A stretch of 64,000 nucleotides of DNA from Octopus vulgaris (lineage: Eukaryota), in contig OX597843.1 of the NCBI GenBank assembly GCA_951406725.2, positions 17,236,001 to 17,300,000 of the forward strand, in the 5' to 3' direction. The notes under the pieces were generated by a model. The model did no database searches. It saw nothing but the letters and a program-made list of their open reading frames with translations, and was not told the DNA's origin. Shown here piece after piece: positions 53,885-61,234 of this stretch; the first letter of the stretch is position 1; each line of letters starts with the position of its first letter. The translations under genes and the position numbers were made by a program.

Positions 53885-56800
53885 GATGGGCTACAGCAAA
53901 TATTCTGCTCAATACCAGAGATTTGCTTGTCAGTTGTTTGACCTTAACCAGTTGAGCATGTCCCTTAGTGGCTGACGATATGTGCATCTCTGATCACGAG
54001 CAGAAGTAGTGGGGGAGCATCATAGCCATGTGTTGAGAGGGATTCTTTGGGGTTTGAATAATTCACCTTTCGAAACATGGGTGTTTCATTCATCATCCTA
54101 AAGCAACCCTTATTCAGGGACCTTTTGAGCAGGATGGGCTACTCGACCTGAAGAAAATTCTAACTGGGCCCCACCCGTAAGGTCATGTGCTGTTTATCTT
54201 GATATGAGATCACCATGTCGCGCACATATGGTTGTGATGCATGTGCCTGGTGTACCTTTATCAGACGGGTAGTCATGATGGGTATATTGGGCTTCGTATA
54301 TTTTACCCGTGTCACTTTGATGGCATGCACTGCTCTCTCACTCAATAATAATAATATCATCATCATCATAATTTTAACATGCCCTTTTCCATACCTATCT
54401 AAGTGGATGGTGTTTATTGAGGCAGATTTTCCATGGTCGGATGCCCTTCCTGTCACCAACTCTCACCTCTTTCCAAGCAAAATAATATTTATCCTGGAGG
54501 AGGAGGAGAATCCCTTCTATTAAAGGCACATTGCCTGAAATTTTGTGGTAAGGGTCTAGTTTAATAGTTTCCAACCTTTTCACAGTGGGTTCCCAACCCT
54601 TTTATTTAAATGAGCTTTCCCATGGATTCCTTTTGATATGCTTAGCCCTATATATATCTCTTTTACTTGTTTCAGTCATTTGACTGTGGCCATTCTGGAG
54701 CACTGCCTTTAGTTGAGCAAATCAACTATTGCCTCCATAAAATATTTATGAAGAGGAGGCGTAGTGGTTGCAAAACAAGCTTCTTAACTATATAGCCATG
54801 TCTGCACAAGAACAAAACACAACAAGCCTCTAAAAACTCACCTTGTCATCAGACACTTCCAATGATGTTGTTGTTTTATCCCAGACCTCTATAATTAGGT
54901 AATTGTTGCGAATTCTCTCCAAAAAGTTGGCTGTGACAAAAACTGGTGAAACCTGTTAGGATGAGTAAAAAAATACTTGATATATCATCATTTTCATCAT
55001 CATTTTAACATTCCCTCTTCCCTTTTGGCAGGGTCAGATGGAATTTGTTGAAGCAGATTTTCTACTGCTGGGTGCCCTTCCTGTCACCAATCCTTAGCTG
55101 TTTCTAAGCAAGGTATTATTTCCCAATGGCCAGACATGCTTTAGCTGAAGACTATAAACCCCAAAGGGCCACTTGCAAAAGCAACGAAAAAGCTTTTTGG
55201 AACAAACAAAAATAAAAGAAAATTTTAAATGAATGGAAACTGAATCAGAGCGTGTGTTAAATATATATAGGCAATATCACTCTTTACATTATTTACATTT
55301 GACGGACATAAAAGTGCCCATGCAGTGTCAAGTAAAAGTGTTCGTGTAGTGCCACATAAGAGCACCCAGCACACTCTGACTCCATAAATGGTAAAAGTGA
55401 AAATTATAAATTATCAAGGTGGCTTCAGTTCTATATTTAAGAGATGAGGAATTATTTACATTATTCACATTATTTACATTATTTACATTTGACAGATATT
55501 TGTCCCCATCTTGTTTGTTGTTAACACAACATTTCATCTGATGTACCCTCCAGCCTTCTTCAGGTGTCTTGGGGAAATTTCGAACCTGGGTTCTCATTCC
55601 TATGGTATTTTTTGATGGTATTATTATTATGCAGTTCTATATTTAAGAGATGAAGAATTAGGTACATTATTTACATTATTTACATTCGATGGATATTTGT
55701 CCTCATCTTGTTTGTTGTTAACACAACGTTTCGGCTGATATACCCTCCAGCCTTCTTCAGGTGTCTTGGGGAAATTTCGAACCTGGGTTCTCATTCCTAT
55801 GGTATTTTTTGATGGTATTATTATTATGCAGTTCTATATTTAAGAGATGAAGAATTAGGTACATTATTTACATTATTTACATTCGATGGATATTTGTCCT
55901 CATCTGGTTTGTTGTTAACACAATGTCTCGGCTGATATACCCTCCAGCCTTCTTCAGGTGTCTTGGGGAAATTTCAAACCTGGGTTCTCATTCCTAAGGT
56001 ATTTTTTGACATTATTATTATTATACAGTTCTATATTTAAGAGATGAGGAATTATGTACATTATTTACATTCGATGGATATTTGTCCTCATCTTGTTTGT
56101 TGTTAACACAACGTTTCGGCTGATATACCCTCCAGACTTCATCAGGTGTCTTGGGGAAATTTCAAACCTGGGTTCTCATTCCTAAGGTATTTTTTGACAT
56201 TATTATTATTATACAGTTCTATATTTAAGAGATGAGGAATTATATACATTATTTACATTCGATGGATATTTGTCCTCATCTTGTTTGTTGTTAACACAAC
56301 GTTTCGGCTGATATACCCTCCAGCCTTCTTCAGGTGTCTTGGGGAAATTTCAAACCTGGGTTCTCATTCCTAAGGTATTTTTTGACATTATTATTATTAT
56401 ACAGTTCTATATTTAAGAGATGAGGAATTATGTACATTATTTACATTCGATGGATATTTGTCCTCATCTTGTTTGTTGTTAACACAACATTTCATCTGAT
56501 ATACCCTCCAGCCTTCATCAGGTGTCTTGCGGAAATTTTGAACCTGGGTTCTCATTCCTAAGGTATTCTTCGATGTTATTATGATTATTATGATTATTAT
56601 TATTATTATTGTTGTTCAGGTCACTGCTTGGAATCAAACTCGGAATCTTGGGGTTAGTAGCCCGCACTCTTAACCACTACGCCATATGCCCGTGGGTATA
56701 TCAGCCAAAACGTTGTGCTAACAACAAACAAGATGAGCACAAATATCCGTCAAATGTAAATAATGTAAATAATGTATTAAGGTGGCTTGTTCTGACTGTC

Positions 56801-58596
56801 ATTTCTAGCAATGCTGGTGCTAACTAGCACCCTTAGTCCTCTTAGTGATGCCTATACTTGTGCTGTTTGGTTGTGAATTGCAAATAAGACACCTTAATAA
56901 TTTATAAACATATATTAGGTTGTCCGGAAAGTTCATGCCGATTTATAGTAGCTTACCTTTTGACTTATTTTAGAACATGGTTGAGTCCATAAAATAGGAT
57001 TTGACTACACCTCCATTTAGTACTTACTTACTTGAACTTGTGGAGACATTCACCCTGGGTGGGTTGCGTTGGCTTCTTCCACCACCCTCGAGGTATCTCG
57101 AACCATGGCAGCCCACGAACGACGGTCCTGCGCCAGTTCACTGGAGATAGCGAGCCAGCCACGGTTCCACCGGCGCAGGCCGACCACCTGCGGACCCGTG
57201 AGCACAGAGAGGTCCTCCTTGATCGTTGTAGCCCAGGTCTTCAGCTGCCCGCCCGCGCATTTCCGCCAGTTGGGAAGTGGAGTTTGGAGAAGGACATCAC
57301 GGCTCAGTTTAGGTTATCTTTTCGTGGAAGAAGGTTTATGTTCCTATAACCTGTGTTAATTCTGCAACCCTTTAAAATGGAAGATAAGAAAGTTCATTTT
57401 CGGTACCTGTTGCTTTGGGAACCAGACAAAAATTGCTGCAGCTTGGCTGGGATGTGTTACCCCACCCTCCATATTCACCAGATATTGCTCCTTCGGATTT
57501 CCACTTATTCAGGTCTCTGCAGAATAGTCTTAATGGTAAAATTTTCAATACCTTGGATGACGTAAAAAGATACCTTGATGAATTCTTTGCCATGAAACCA
57601 CCTCAATTCTGGGAAGAGGGTATTTTCAATTTAAAGGAAAGATGGAGACGCATTGTGCAAGAAAATGGTTCATATTTGGTTGATTAAAAATGTAATGGCA
57701 AGTATTTATTGATCTTTTTGTTTCCTTTAAAAATCGGCACGAACTTTCCGGACACCCCAATATTTTACTTGTTTCAGTTATTAAACGATGGCCATGCTGG
57801 AGTGTTCTTTTAATTGAACAAATCATCACCAGTACTTTACTCTTTTTCTCAAATCTGGCACTTATTCTATTCATCTGTTTATTGCCAAACTGCTCAGTTA
57901 TGGTGACATAAACAAACCAACACTGGTTTTTGAGCAATAGTGGAGAAGAGGGTATTTTCAAGTTAAAGGAAAGATGGAGACACATTGTGCAACAAAATGG
58001 TTCATATTTGGTTGATTAAAAATGTAATGGCAAGTATTTATTGACCTTTTTTCTTTCCTTTAAAAATCGGCATGAACTTTCCGGACAACCCAATACATTA
58101 TGTATGGTACACAGATGACTATTTTAATCCAATGTATTGGAATGTTGTGCGTACCTGAATGAAATCATATTGAGGATTGTTTGTGCGCCAGCATATACTG
58201 GATCTGACCTGCTGCTCACACCAAAACATGCGGCAGACCAAGTAGCTGTTTCTAGTGGCACGAGGAAGATTTGAACCTGCAAGAGGAAAAAAAAAAAACC
58301 CAACAGGGTGAAGACATACATAAACAACAAACAATAATTGTAGAATGCACCCACCCACACACACACATGCACACACAAACACATGCACACACACACGCAC
58401 ACACACGCACACACACGCACACACACATGCAAACACACACAAACACACATGCATACAAACACACACATGCAAACACACACAAATACACACACACACATGC
58501 ACACACACAACCACACACACACGCAAGCGCACACAAACACACACACACACACGCACACAAACACACACACAAACACACACGCACATGCACACACAT

Positions 58597-58636
<40 letters not shown>

Positions 58637-61212
58637 ACACTCAGAGTACCCAGTCCATTCAAATATCCTGAGGACCTGAACTAATGAAGGGCCATCACTT
58701 GACATGTAAGAACCTGGCAAAATTTCCTTCAAATCATTTCCACCTGATACAACGGATAAAGAAGTCTGAAGACCATTGCAAAAAGAAGCAGGGGCAGACC
58801 AATGGATGGAGAGACAGAAGAAACTTGCCCAAGGTGCCACACAGTGTGACGGAACCCAGAATCAAACGGTTGTAAAGCAAGCTTCTTAACACTACAGCCA
58901 TGCCTGCACCCATGAAGAAAATCATCATCATCATCATCGTTTAACGTCCGCTTTCCATGCTAGCATGGGTTGGACGGTTCAACTGGGGTCTGGGAAGCCA
59001 GAAGGCTGCACCAGGCCCAGTCTGATCTGGCAATGTTTCTACGGCTGGATGCCCTTCCTAACGCCAACCACTGTGAGTGTAGTGGGTGCTTTTTACGTGC
59101 CACCCACACAGGTGCCGGACGGAGCTGGCAGATGGCCACGGACAGATGGTGCTTTTTACGTTCCACCGGCATGGGGGCCAGGCGAGGCTGGCAAACGGCC
59201 ACGAACGGATGGTGCTACGTGCCACCAGCACGGGGGCCAGGCCAGGCTGGCAACAGCCACGAACGGATGGTGCTTTTTACATGCCACCGGCACGGAGGCC
59301 AGTCGGGGCAGCGCTGGCAACGCCCACGATCAGATGGTTCGCTTACTTGTCACCGGCACTGGTATCACAACTACAAATTCCATTGATGTTGATCAACTTC
59401 GATTTTGGTTCTGCTTTCTGATATCTGATTTGATTTGGTTTGATTTTGATTAAATAAAAAAGGGTCTAAATACCTCGTCCGTCACCTCCTCCTCCTTGAG
59501 TAACAGCAGCAGCAGCAATGGGGTTAATTTTGGTAGAGGTTGTGTCAAAGGTCATCTTGCGACCTTCACTCACAATAAGAATGGAATGGACAGCTAATGT
59601 CTGCTGTAGAGTAAAAGACAAGACAGGTTAGTGGTGGGGTTGGTGAGAGGTGGCAGAGAAAAAGAGGGACATGGAAAGGGAGCACAAGAAAGGGGACACG
59701 GATATGAGATACATGTAGGGACGTGAAAGTGGACAAAAGGAGACAGGAATATGAGACACAAGAAAGGGGCCATGGATATGAGACACAGTTGAGGGACATT
59801 ACAAGTGGACAAAAGAAAGGGGACATGGGAAGTGGATACACAACTCAGGGTCATGGAAAGTGGACACAAGCCATGGATAGGAGGCACAGTTGAGGGACAT
59901 TACAAGTGGACAAAAGAAAGGGGACATGGGAAGTGGATACACAACTCAGGGTCATGGAAAGTGGACACAAGAAAGGGGCCATGGATAGGAGGCACAGTTG
60001 AGGGACATTACAAGTGGACAAAAGAAAGGGGACATGGAAAGTGGATACACAACTGAGGGTCATGGAAAGTGGACACAAGAAAAGGGCCATGGATATGAGA
60101 CACAGTTGAGGGACATTACAAGTGGACAAAAGAAAGGGGACATGGGAAGTGGATACACAACTGAGGGTCATGGAAAGTGGACACAAGAAAGGGGCCATGG
60201 ATATGAGACACAGTTGAGGGACATTACAAGTGGACAAAAGAAAGGGGACTTGGGAAGTGGATACACAACTGAGGGTCATGGAAAGTGGACACAAGAAAGG
60301 GGCCATGGATAGGAGGCACAGTAAAAGGAGAGCGATTTGATGCATGGAAAAGGGCTACAGGAATGGATATTTAGAGTAAACATTTGTGTGCTGAGAGTGT
60401 TGCTGTACTCTATCTCCAAATGCAGGGGCCGATGACTCAGTTTCCTTTACTTCCACTGCCACTGAACTGACATCCTCTACATCCAACGCATTCCTTATCT
60501 CTTATTATCTGTCACACTATTTTCTTTCAGTGCACTTTTCTACACATCTACCTTTTTTGTTCTTCTATGCTATTCCATGTCTCATATTCACCTCATACCT
60601 GGACACCTCATTTCTCTCTTTCTTTCTCTCACTTTCTAGACCATGTATTCATCTCTTCAATAAGACACCGGGTCCTCTCCACCATCATAGTTTCTTACAC
60701 CATTCTATACCCAACTCAGTTGAGGGGTCTTATTTTGCAGATGCCTGGCAACCTCAGTGGTGCTGGTGCCACATAAAAAGCATTCAGTACACTCTAGCTT
60801 TAGGAAGGGCATCCAGCTGTAGAAACCATGTCAAAGCAGACACAGAACATGGTGAAGCCCTCTGACTCGTCTGTTCTTGTCAAATTGTCCAACCCCTGCC
60901 AGCATGGAAAAATGGACGGGAAATGATGATGATGATGTAAACAGGCAGTCACACACACACTAGACAATCAGTCAACAGAACTTACATCTTGTACATCTGG
61001 ATAATGCTGTGATGTTGGAGATGAGTTTGCCTGGACAGTAGTGGCAGCAGTGGTAGTAGTAGTGGTGGCCAGCAGTGGAGCATCATTGGTGCTAGATATG
61101 TACTGAGGAAACTGGCGTTCGCGTGGCGCTGCAACAGTTTCTAGGTGACAGTCAGGTTTCAAACCGGCTTCTCTCCTCTCAGCCAGAATATCCGTGTCAC
61201 AGGAAATGTCAG
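188..61212 (-). CDS. C2CD3: C2 domain-containing protein 3 homolog (partial; 21 internal exons, gene extends beyond both ends)
   Basis: 21 GT-AG exons join with matching phases and no stops. Motifs resemble C2CD3 as I recall it: [56 protein letters not shown]...[96 protein letters not shown]. Assignment is from recall, not a database search. Confidence 0.9.
496..720. mobile_element. piggyBac-like MITE
   Basis: TTAA|CCCTTT...AAAGGG|TTAA termini; possibly related fragments at about 742-830, 10300-10400 and 12600-13480. Confidence 0.55.
865..1290 (-). pseudogene. Tc1/mariner-superfamily DD37D (maT-type) transposase fragment
   Basis: [10 protein letters not shown]...[16 protein letters not shown] with 37 residues between the 2nd and 3rd catalytic Asp; truncated. 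Confidence 0.8.
1418..2200 (-). mobile_element. tRNA-derived SINE (family B): one head plus 4 tandem ~185-bp body units
   Basis: Unit CCTATTTCTTTACTACCCACAAGG...CAGACGAAATA repeated 4 times; flanked by duplicated GTTCACCAATATAC (1404-1417, 2193-2206). Confidence 0.85.
2508..3012 (+). mobile_element. Non-autonomous Helitron-like element
   Basis: 5' TC, 3' CTAG preceded by hairpin CCCGAGCAACGCCGGG, inserted between A and T; internal ~100-bp repeat x3. Confidence 0.75.
3130..3241 (-). CDS. C2CD3: C2CD3 exon 20
   Basis: [37 protein letters not shown](W); ttacag / GTACA; 112 nt, phase 1 to 2. Confidence 0.85.
3385..4260 (-). mobile_element. Two RTE-LINE 3'-end-derived repeats, the first with a ~28-bp minisatellite (3535-3800)
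   Basis: (CAT)n tail, CCATGCTGGCATGGGTTGGA and GGATGCCCTTC motifs shared with the RTE copies at 30850 and 48575. Confidence 0.7.
4369..4782 (+). mobile_element. tRNA-derived SINE (family A)
   Basis: A-box TGGCTGTGTGG, B-box-like GTTCAGTCCC, internal (TA)/(TG) tract, AAGTAAAAGAGT tail; many copies in the window. Confidence 0.85.
4994..5134 (-). CDS. C2CD3: C2CD3 exon 19
   Basis: [47 protein letters not shown]; taacag / GTGAG; 141 nt. Confidence 0.9.
5351..6202. mobile_element. Head-to-head inverted dimer of the tRNA-headed HHR element, with a nested family A SINE (5538-5943)
   Basis: Arms meet at about 6003; TSD AACG(C/T)ACATCTATGCC at 5335-5350 and 6203-6218. Confidence 0.8.
6943..7345. 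mobile_element. MITE with ~28-bp TIRs and 8-bp TSD, inserted in a SINE
   Basis: AGATCTTTTCCGTTTGACCGGCAGTTTTT...AAAAACTGCTGTTCAAACAGAAAAGATCC; TSD CTCATTTC at 6935-6942 and 7346-7353; inverted partial copy at about 6470-6665. Confidence 0.8.
7582..7803 (-). CDS. C2CD3: C2CD3 exon 18
   Basis: [15 protein letters not shown]...[29 protein letters not shown]...; cctcag / GTAAG; 222 nt. Confidence 0.9.
7835..8716. repeat. Compound (CAT/CAC)n microsatellite with a recurring ~30-bp island
   Basis: Triplet runs interrupted 5 times by CTTG(TTG/G)TAACG...ACAAGGTTAC-like islands. Confidence 0.9.
8814..8900 (-). CDS. C2CD3: C2CD3 exon 17
   Basis: [29 protein letters not shown]; gattag / GTTAG; 87 nt. 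Confidence 0.85.
9035..9628 (+). mobile_element. SINE family A with an HHR-like PLE-type repeat inserted in its (TA)n (about 9215-9380)
   Basis: The two SINE halves flank an insert homologous to 1-85, 33525-33705 and 36640-36820. Confidence 0.75.
10103..10271 (-). CDS. C2CD3: C2CD3 exon 16
   Basis: [56 protein letters not shown]; tgtcag / GTAAG; 169 nt. Confidence 0.9.
10813..11094 (-). mobile_element. Helitron-like element copy
   Basis: Reverse complement of 2508-3012 with deletions. Confidence 0.75.
11111..11605. repeat. Inverted repeat, 178-bp arms (11111-11288 / 11428-11605)
   Basis: Arms are reverse complements with no mismatch seen by eye. Confidence 0.9.
11738..11823 (+). ncRNA. Type I hammerhead ribozyme motif, canonical core
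   Basis: TCGG-CTGACGA-GTACGAG[loop]CTCGTAC-GAAA-CGATCG-TA-CCGA; predicted cut after 11818. Confidence 0.85.
11880..12427 (+). mobile_element. RTE LINE 3'UTR copy
   Basis: ~65-bp internal repeats and GTTAAACGATGAT tail. Confidence 0.75.
13760..14205 (+). mobile_element. RTE-tail repeat with ~28-bp minisatellite (13800-14045)
   Basis: Inverse counterpart of 3385-3800; unit AAAAAGCA(C/T)TGGTGCTGGT(A/G)CCA(T/C)(G/A)T. Confidence 0.7.
14575..21935. repeat. ~7.4-kb CA-rich satellite, unit about 20-26 bp CCAGGACACAAA(CA)n
   Basis: Hundreds of units with variants GCAGG, ATGCCAGG, AAACCAGG, GGAACAAA. Confidence 0.97.
22225..24520. repeat. ~74-bp CA-rich minisatellite (about 30 units)
   Basis: CACCTGTACACAC...ATACAGCCACAAACAGACAG(G/A)CAGTCACAAACCAACACACAAACA; ORF track periodicity of 74. 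Confidence 0.95.
24593..24694 (-). CDS. C2CD3: C2CD3 exon 15
   Basis: [34 protein letters not shown]; ttacag / GTGAG; 102 nt. Confidence 0.9.
25076..25303 (+). mobile_element. Full-length SINE family B monomer nested in an RTE tail
   Basis: Head GGCGAGCTGGCAGAAATG, B-box GAGTTCAAATTCC; TSD GGTATCTGCCACAAC at 25055-25069 and 25304-25318. Confidence 0.85.
26281..26790 (-). mobile_element. RTE LINE 3'UTR copy
   Basis: Near-identical to 29530-30025, 51089-51635 and 58922-59450. Confidence 0.8.
27517..27605 (+). ncRNA. Hammerhead ribozyme motif (same family as 11738)
   Basis: TTGG-CTGATGA-ATACGAG[loop]TTCGTAT-GAAA-CAATTG-TA-CTGA. Confidence 0.75.
28019..28413 (-). mobile_element. Helitron-like element copy
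   Basis: CTAG plus hairpin end and TC end, homologous to 2508-3012. Confidence 0.75.
29270..29356 (-). CDS. C2CD3: C2CD3 exon 14
   Basis: [29 protein letters not shown]; tgccag / GTAAG; 87 nt. Confidence 0.85.
30150..30225 (+). ncRNA. Hammerhead ribozyme motif
   Basis: GTCT-CTGATGA-TGG[extended stem II]CCA-GAAA-CAGCTG-TA-AGAC; palindromic stem III ACAGCTGT. Confidence 0.8.
30850..31858 (-). mobile_element. 5'-truncated RTE-clade LINE
   Basis: [44 protein letters not shown] (RTE ORF C-terminus) plus 3'UTR and (GAT)n tail. Confidence 0.85.
33171..33434. repeat. Inverted repeat (~125-bp arms), each arm with a G3-C8 hammerhead-like fold (33239-33288 -, 33316-33366 +)
   Basis: TTTGTCA-GTGAACA-GGTCGC..GCGA(G)-GAAA-ATAT-TT-TGACAAA. 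Confidence 0.75.
33742..33795 (-). CDS. C2CD3: C2CD3 exon 13
   Basis: [18 protein letters not shown]; tttcag / GTAAG; 54 nt. Confidence 0.85.
34130..34880 (-). pseudogene. Decayed Penelope-like element ORF (post-RT linker plus GIY-YIG endonuclease)
   Basis: [60 protein letters not shown] in shifting frames with stops. Confidence 0.8.
35868..36250 (+). mobile_element. SINE family A
   Basis: Homologous to 4369-4782. Confidence 0.85.
36405..36530 (-). CDS. C2CD3: C2CD3 exon 12
   Basis: [42 protein letters not shown]; ccctag / GTGAG; 126 nt. Confidence 0.9.
36840..37520 (+). mobile_element. Two tandem RTE 3'UTR copies
   Basis: Both end in TTAAA(C/T)GATGAT tails. Confidence 0.8.
38535..39465 (-). 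mobile_element. SINE family B with 5 tandem body units, nested in another SINE
   Basis: Five ~180-bp units joined at GAAATACCTA; host SINE halves at about 38340-38535 and 39470-39590. Confidence 0.85.
39770..39864 (-). CDS. C2CD3: C2CD3 exon 11
   Basis: [31 protein letters not shown]; cttcag / GTAAA; 95 nt. Confidence 0.9.
40020..40322 (-). mobile_element. SINE family A
   Basis: Reverse-complement copy. Confidence 0.85.
41553..41687 (-). CDS. C2CD3: C2CD3 exon 10
   Basis: [44 protein letters not shown]; taccag / GTGAG; 135 nt. Confidence 0.9.
42290..42394 (+). ncRNA. Hammerhead ribozyme motif in a PLE pseudo-LTR-like partial tandem repeat
   Basis: TACCTTA-CTGATGA-ATTTATT[loop]AATAGAC-GAAA-CGATGCATTG-TA-TAAGGTA; ~70-bp direct repeat at 41969-42040 and 42449-42520. 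Confidence 0.75.
43012..43435 (+). mobile_element. SINE family A
   Basis: Full-length copy. Confidence 0.85.
44134..44271 (-). CDS. C2CD3: C2CD3 exon 9
   Basis: [46 protein letters not shown]; ttttag / GTAAG; 138 nt. Confidence 0.9.
44375..46705. repeat. 36-bp minisatellite (about 65 units)
   Basis: AAAACAAATTGGAGTAAGAGAGGCTGAGTAAGGGAG with occasional short-deletion units. Confidence 0.97.
47136..47306 (+). mobile_element. Headless SINE family B monomer
   Basis: TSD AGGTAACATGATTTAAGTA at 47117-47135 and 47307-47325. Confidence 0.85.
47325..47515. repeat. ~13-bp tandem repeat AGCTACTATAATT
   Basis: Direct reading. Confidence 0.85.
47950..48002 (-). CDS. C2CD3: C2CD3 exon 8
   Basis: [17 protein letters not shown]; ttgctag / GTAAG; 53 nt, phase 2 to 1, which is required to bridge exons 7 and 9. 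Confidence 0.75.
48575..49530 (-). mobile_element. 5'-truncated RTE-clade LINE
   Basis: Homologous to 30850-31858, including the ORF end. Confidence 0.85.
49695..49777 (-). CDS. C2CD3: C2CD3 exon 7
   Basis: [27 protein letters not shown]; accag / GTAAG; 83 nt, phase 0 to 2. Confidence 0.8.
49902..50300 (+). mobile_element. SINE family B, head plus 2 body units
   Basis: Junction AAAGAAATAG|GTATTTCGTCTGCC at about 50117. Confidence 0.85.
50528..50632 (-). CDS. C2CD3: C2CD3 exon 6
   Basis: [35 protein letters not shown]; ccacag / GTAAA; 105 nt. Confidence 0.9.
52081..52123 (-). ncRNA. U3-A8 variant hammerhead motif (left arm of inverted repeat)
   Basis: Exact reverse complement of 52249-52291. 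Confidence 0.75.
52249..52291 (+). ncRNA. U3-A8 variant hammerhead motif (right arm)
   Basis: GCTGCA-TTGATAA-AGGG(CAAATA)CCCT-GAAA-CAT-GTC-TGCAGC. Confidence 0.75.
52627..52716 (-). ncRNA. Hammerhead ribozyme motif with long stem II
   Basis: ATCT-CTGAAGA-GCAGAAG[...]CTTCTGC-GAAA-CGATCA-TA-AGAT; one stem III mismatch. Confidence 0.7.
52885..52971 (-). CDS. C2CD3: C2CD3 exon 5
   Basis: [29 protein letters not shown]; ggcag / GTAAG; 87 nt. Confidence 0.9.
53295..54355 (+). mobile_element. Tandem duplicated retroposon 3' end with (AAT)n tails
   Basis: About 53385-53850 duplicated at 53883-54345; both end CTCTCTCACTC(AAT)n; family not identified. Confidence 0.7.
54842..54952 (-). CDS. C2CD3: C2CD3 exon 4
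   Basis: [37 protein letters not shown]; ctaacag / GTGAG; 111 nt. Confidence 0.9.
55720..55765 (-). ncRNA. Intact minimal hammerhead motif (array unit 2)
   Basis: GACAC-CTGAAGA-AGGCTG(GAGGGTATAT)CAGCC-GAAA-CG-TT-GTGTT. Confidence 0.8.
56293..56338 (-). ncRNA. Intact minimal hammerhead motif (array unit 5)
   Basis: Same sequence as 55720-55765. Confidence 0.8.
56915..57760 (+). mobile_element. Internally deleted mariner with nested RTE fragment
   Basis: TA-flanked TIRs TTAGGTTGTCCGGAAAGTTC / GAACTTTCCGGACACCCCAA; [10 protein letters not shown]-terminus fused to ...[21 protein letters not shown]...; a second 3' end at about 57945-58093. Confidence 0.9.
57021..57285 (-). mobile_element. RTE-like LINE 3' fragment (second family)
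   Basis: [20 protein letters not shown]...[15 protein letters not shown]; (AAGT)n tail; related 3' end at about 30350-30400. Confidence 0.75.
58155..58276 (-). CDS. C2CD3: C2CD3 exon 3
   Basis: [40 protein letters not shown]; AG/GT flanks; 122 nt, phase 1 to 0. Confidence 0.9.
58922..59450 (-). mobile_element. RTE LINE 3'UTR copy
   Basis: Homologous to 26281-26790. Confidence 0.8.
59474..59603 (-). CDS. C2CD3: C2CD3 exon 2
   Basis: ctctacag acceptor, G|GTATT donor; [20 protein letters not shown]...; 130 nt, phase 0 to 1. Confidence 0.8.
59760..60322. repeat. 108-bp minisatellite (about 5 units)
   Basis: GTTGAGGGACATTACAAGTGG recurs at 59788, 59889, 59997, 60105, 60213. Confidence 0.9.
60986..61212 (-). 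CDS. C2CD3: C2CD3 exon 1 of window (low-complexity linker)
   Basis: tgttgcag acceptor, GAT|GTAAG donor; [14 protein letters not shown]...HYPDVQD; 227 nt, phase 1 to 0. Confidence 0.7.
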
Positions 61213-61234
61213 CTGCAACAGAACACAAAATATT

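Larger units (their letters stand above)
55426..56776 (-). mobile_element. tRNA-headed hammerhead-bearing retroposon: head plus six ~190-bp HHR units plus inverted 5' fragment
   Basis: Pol III-like head 56615-56691; units start at 55426, 55632, 55829, 56026, 56214, 56402; TSD AAGGTGGCTT at 55416-55425 and 56779-56788. Confidence 0.85.

Noticed and set aside
56615-56691. tRNA gene
   Set aside because: Acceptor and T stems do not pair properly; it is a retroposon head. The same applies to the SINE A and B heads.
57415-57687. Functional mariner transposase or SETMAR-like gene
   Set aside because: Most of the transposase is deleted and the element is interrupted by an RTE fragment.
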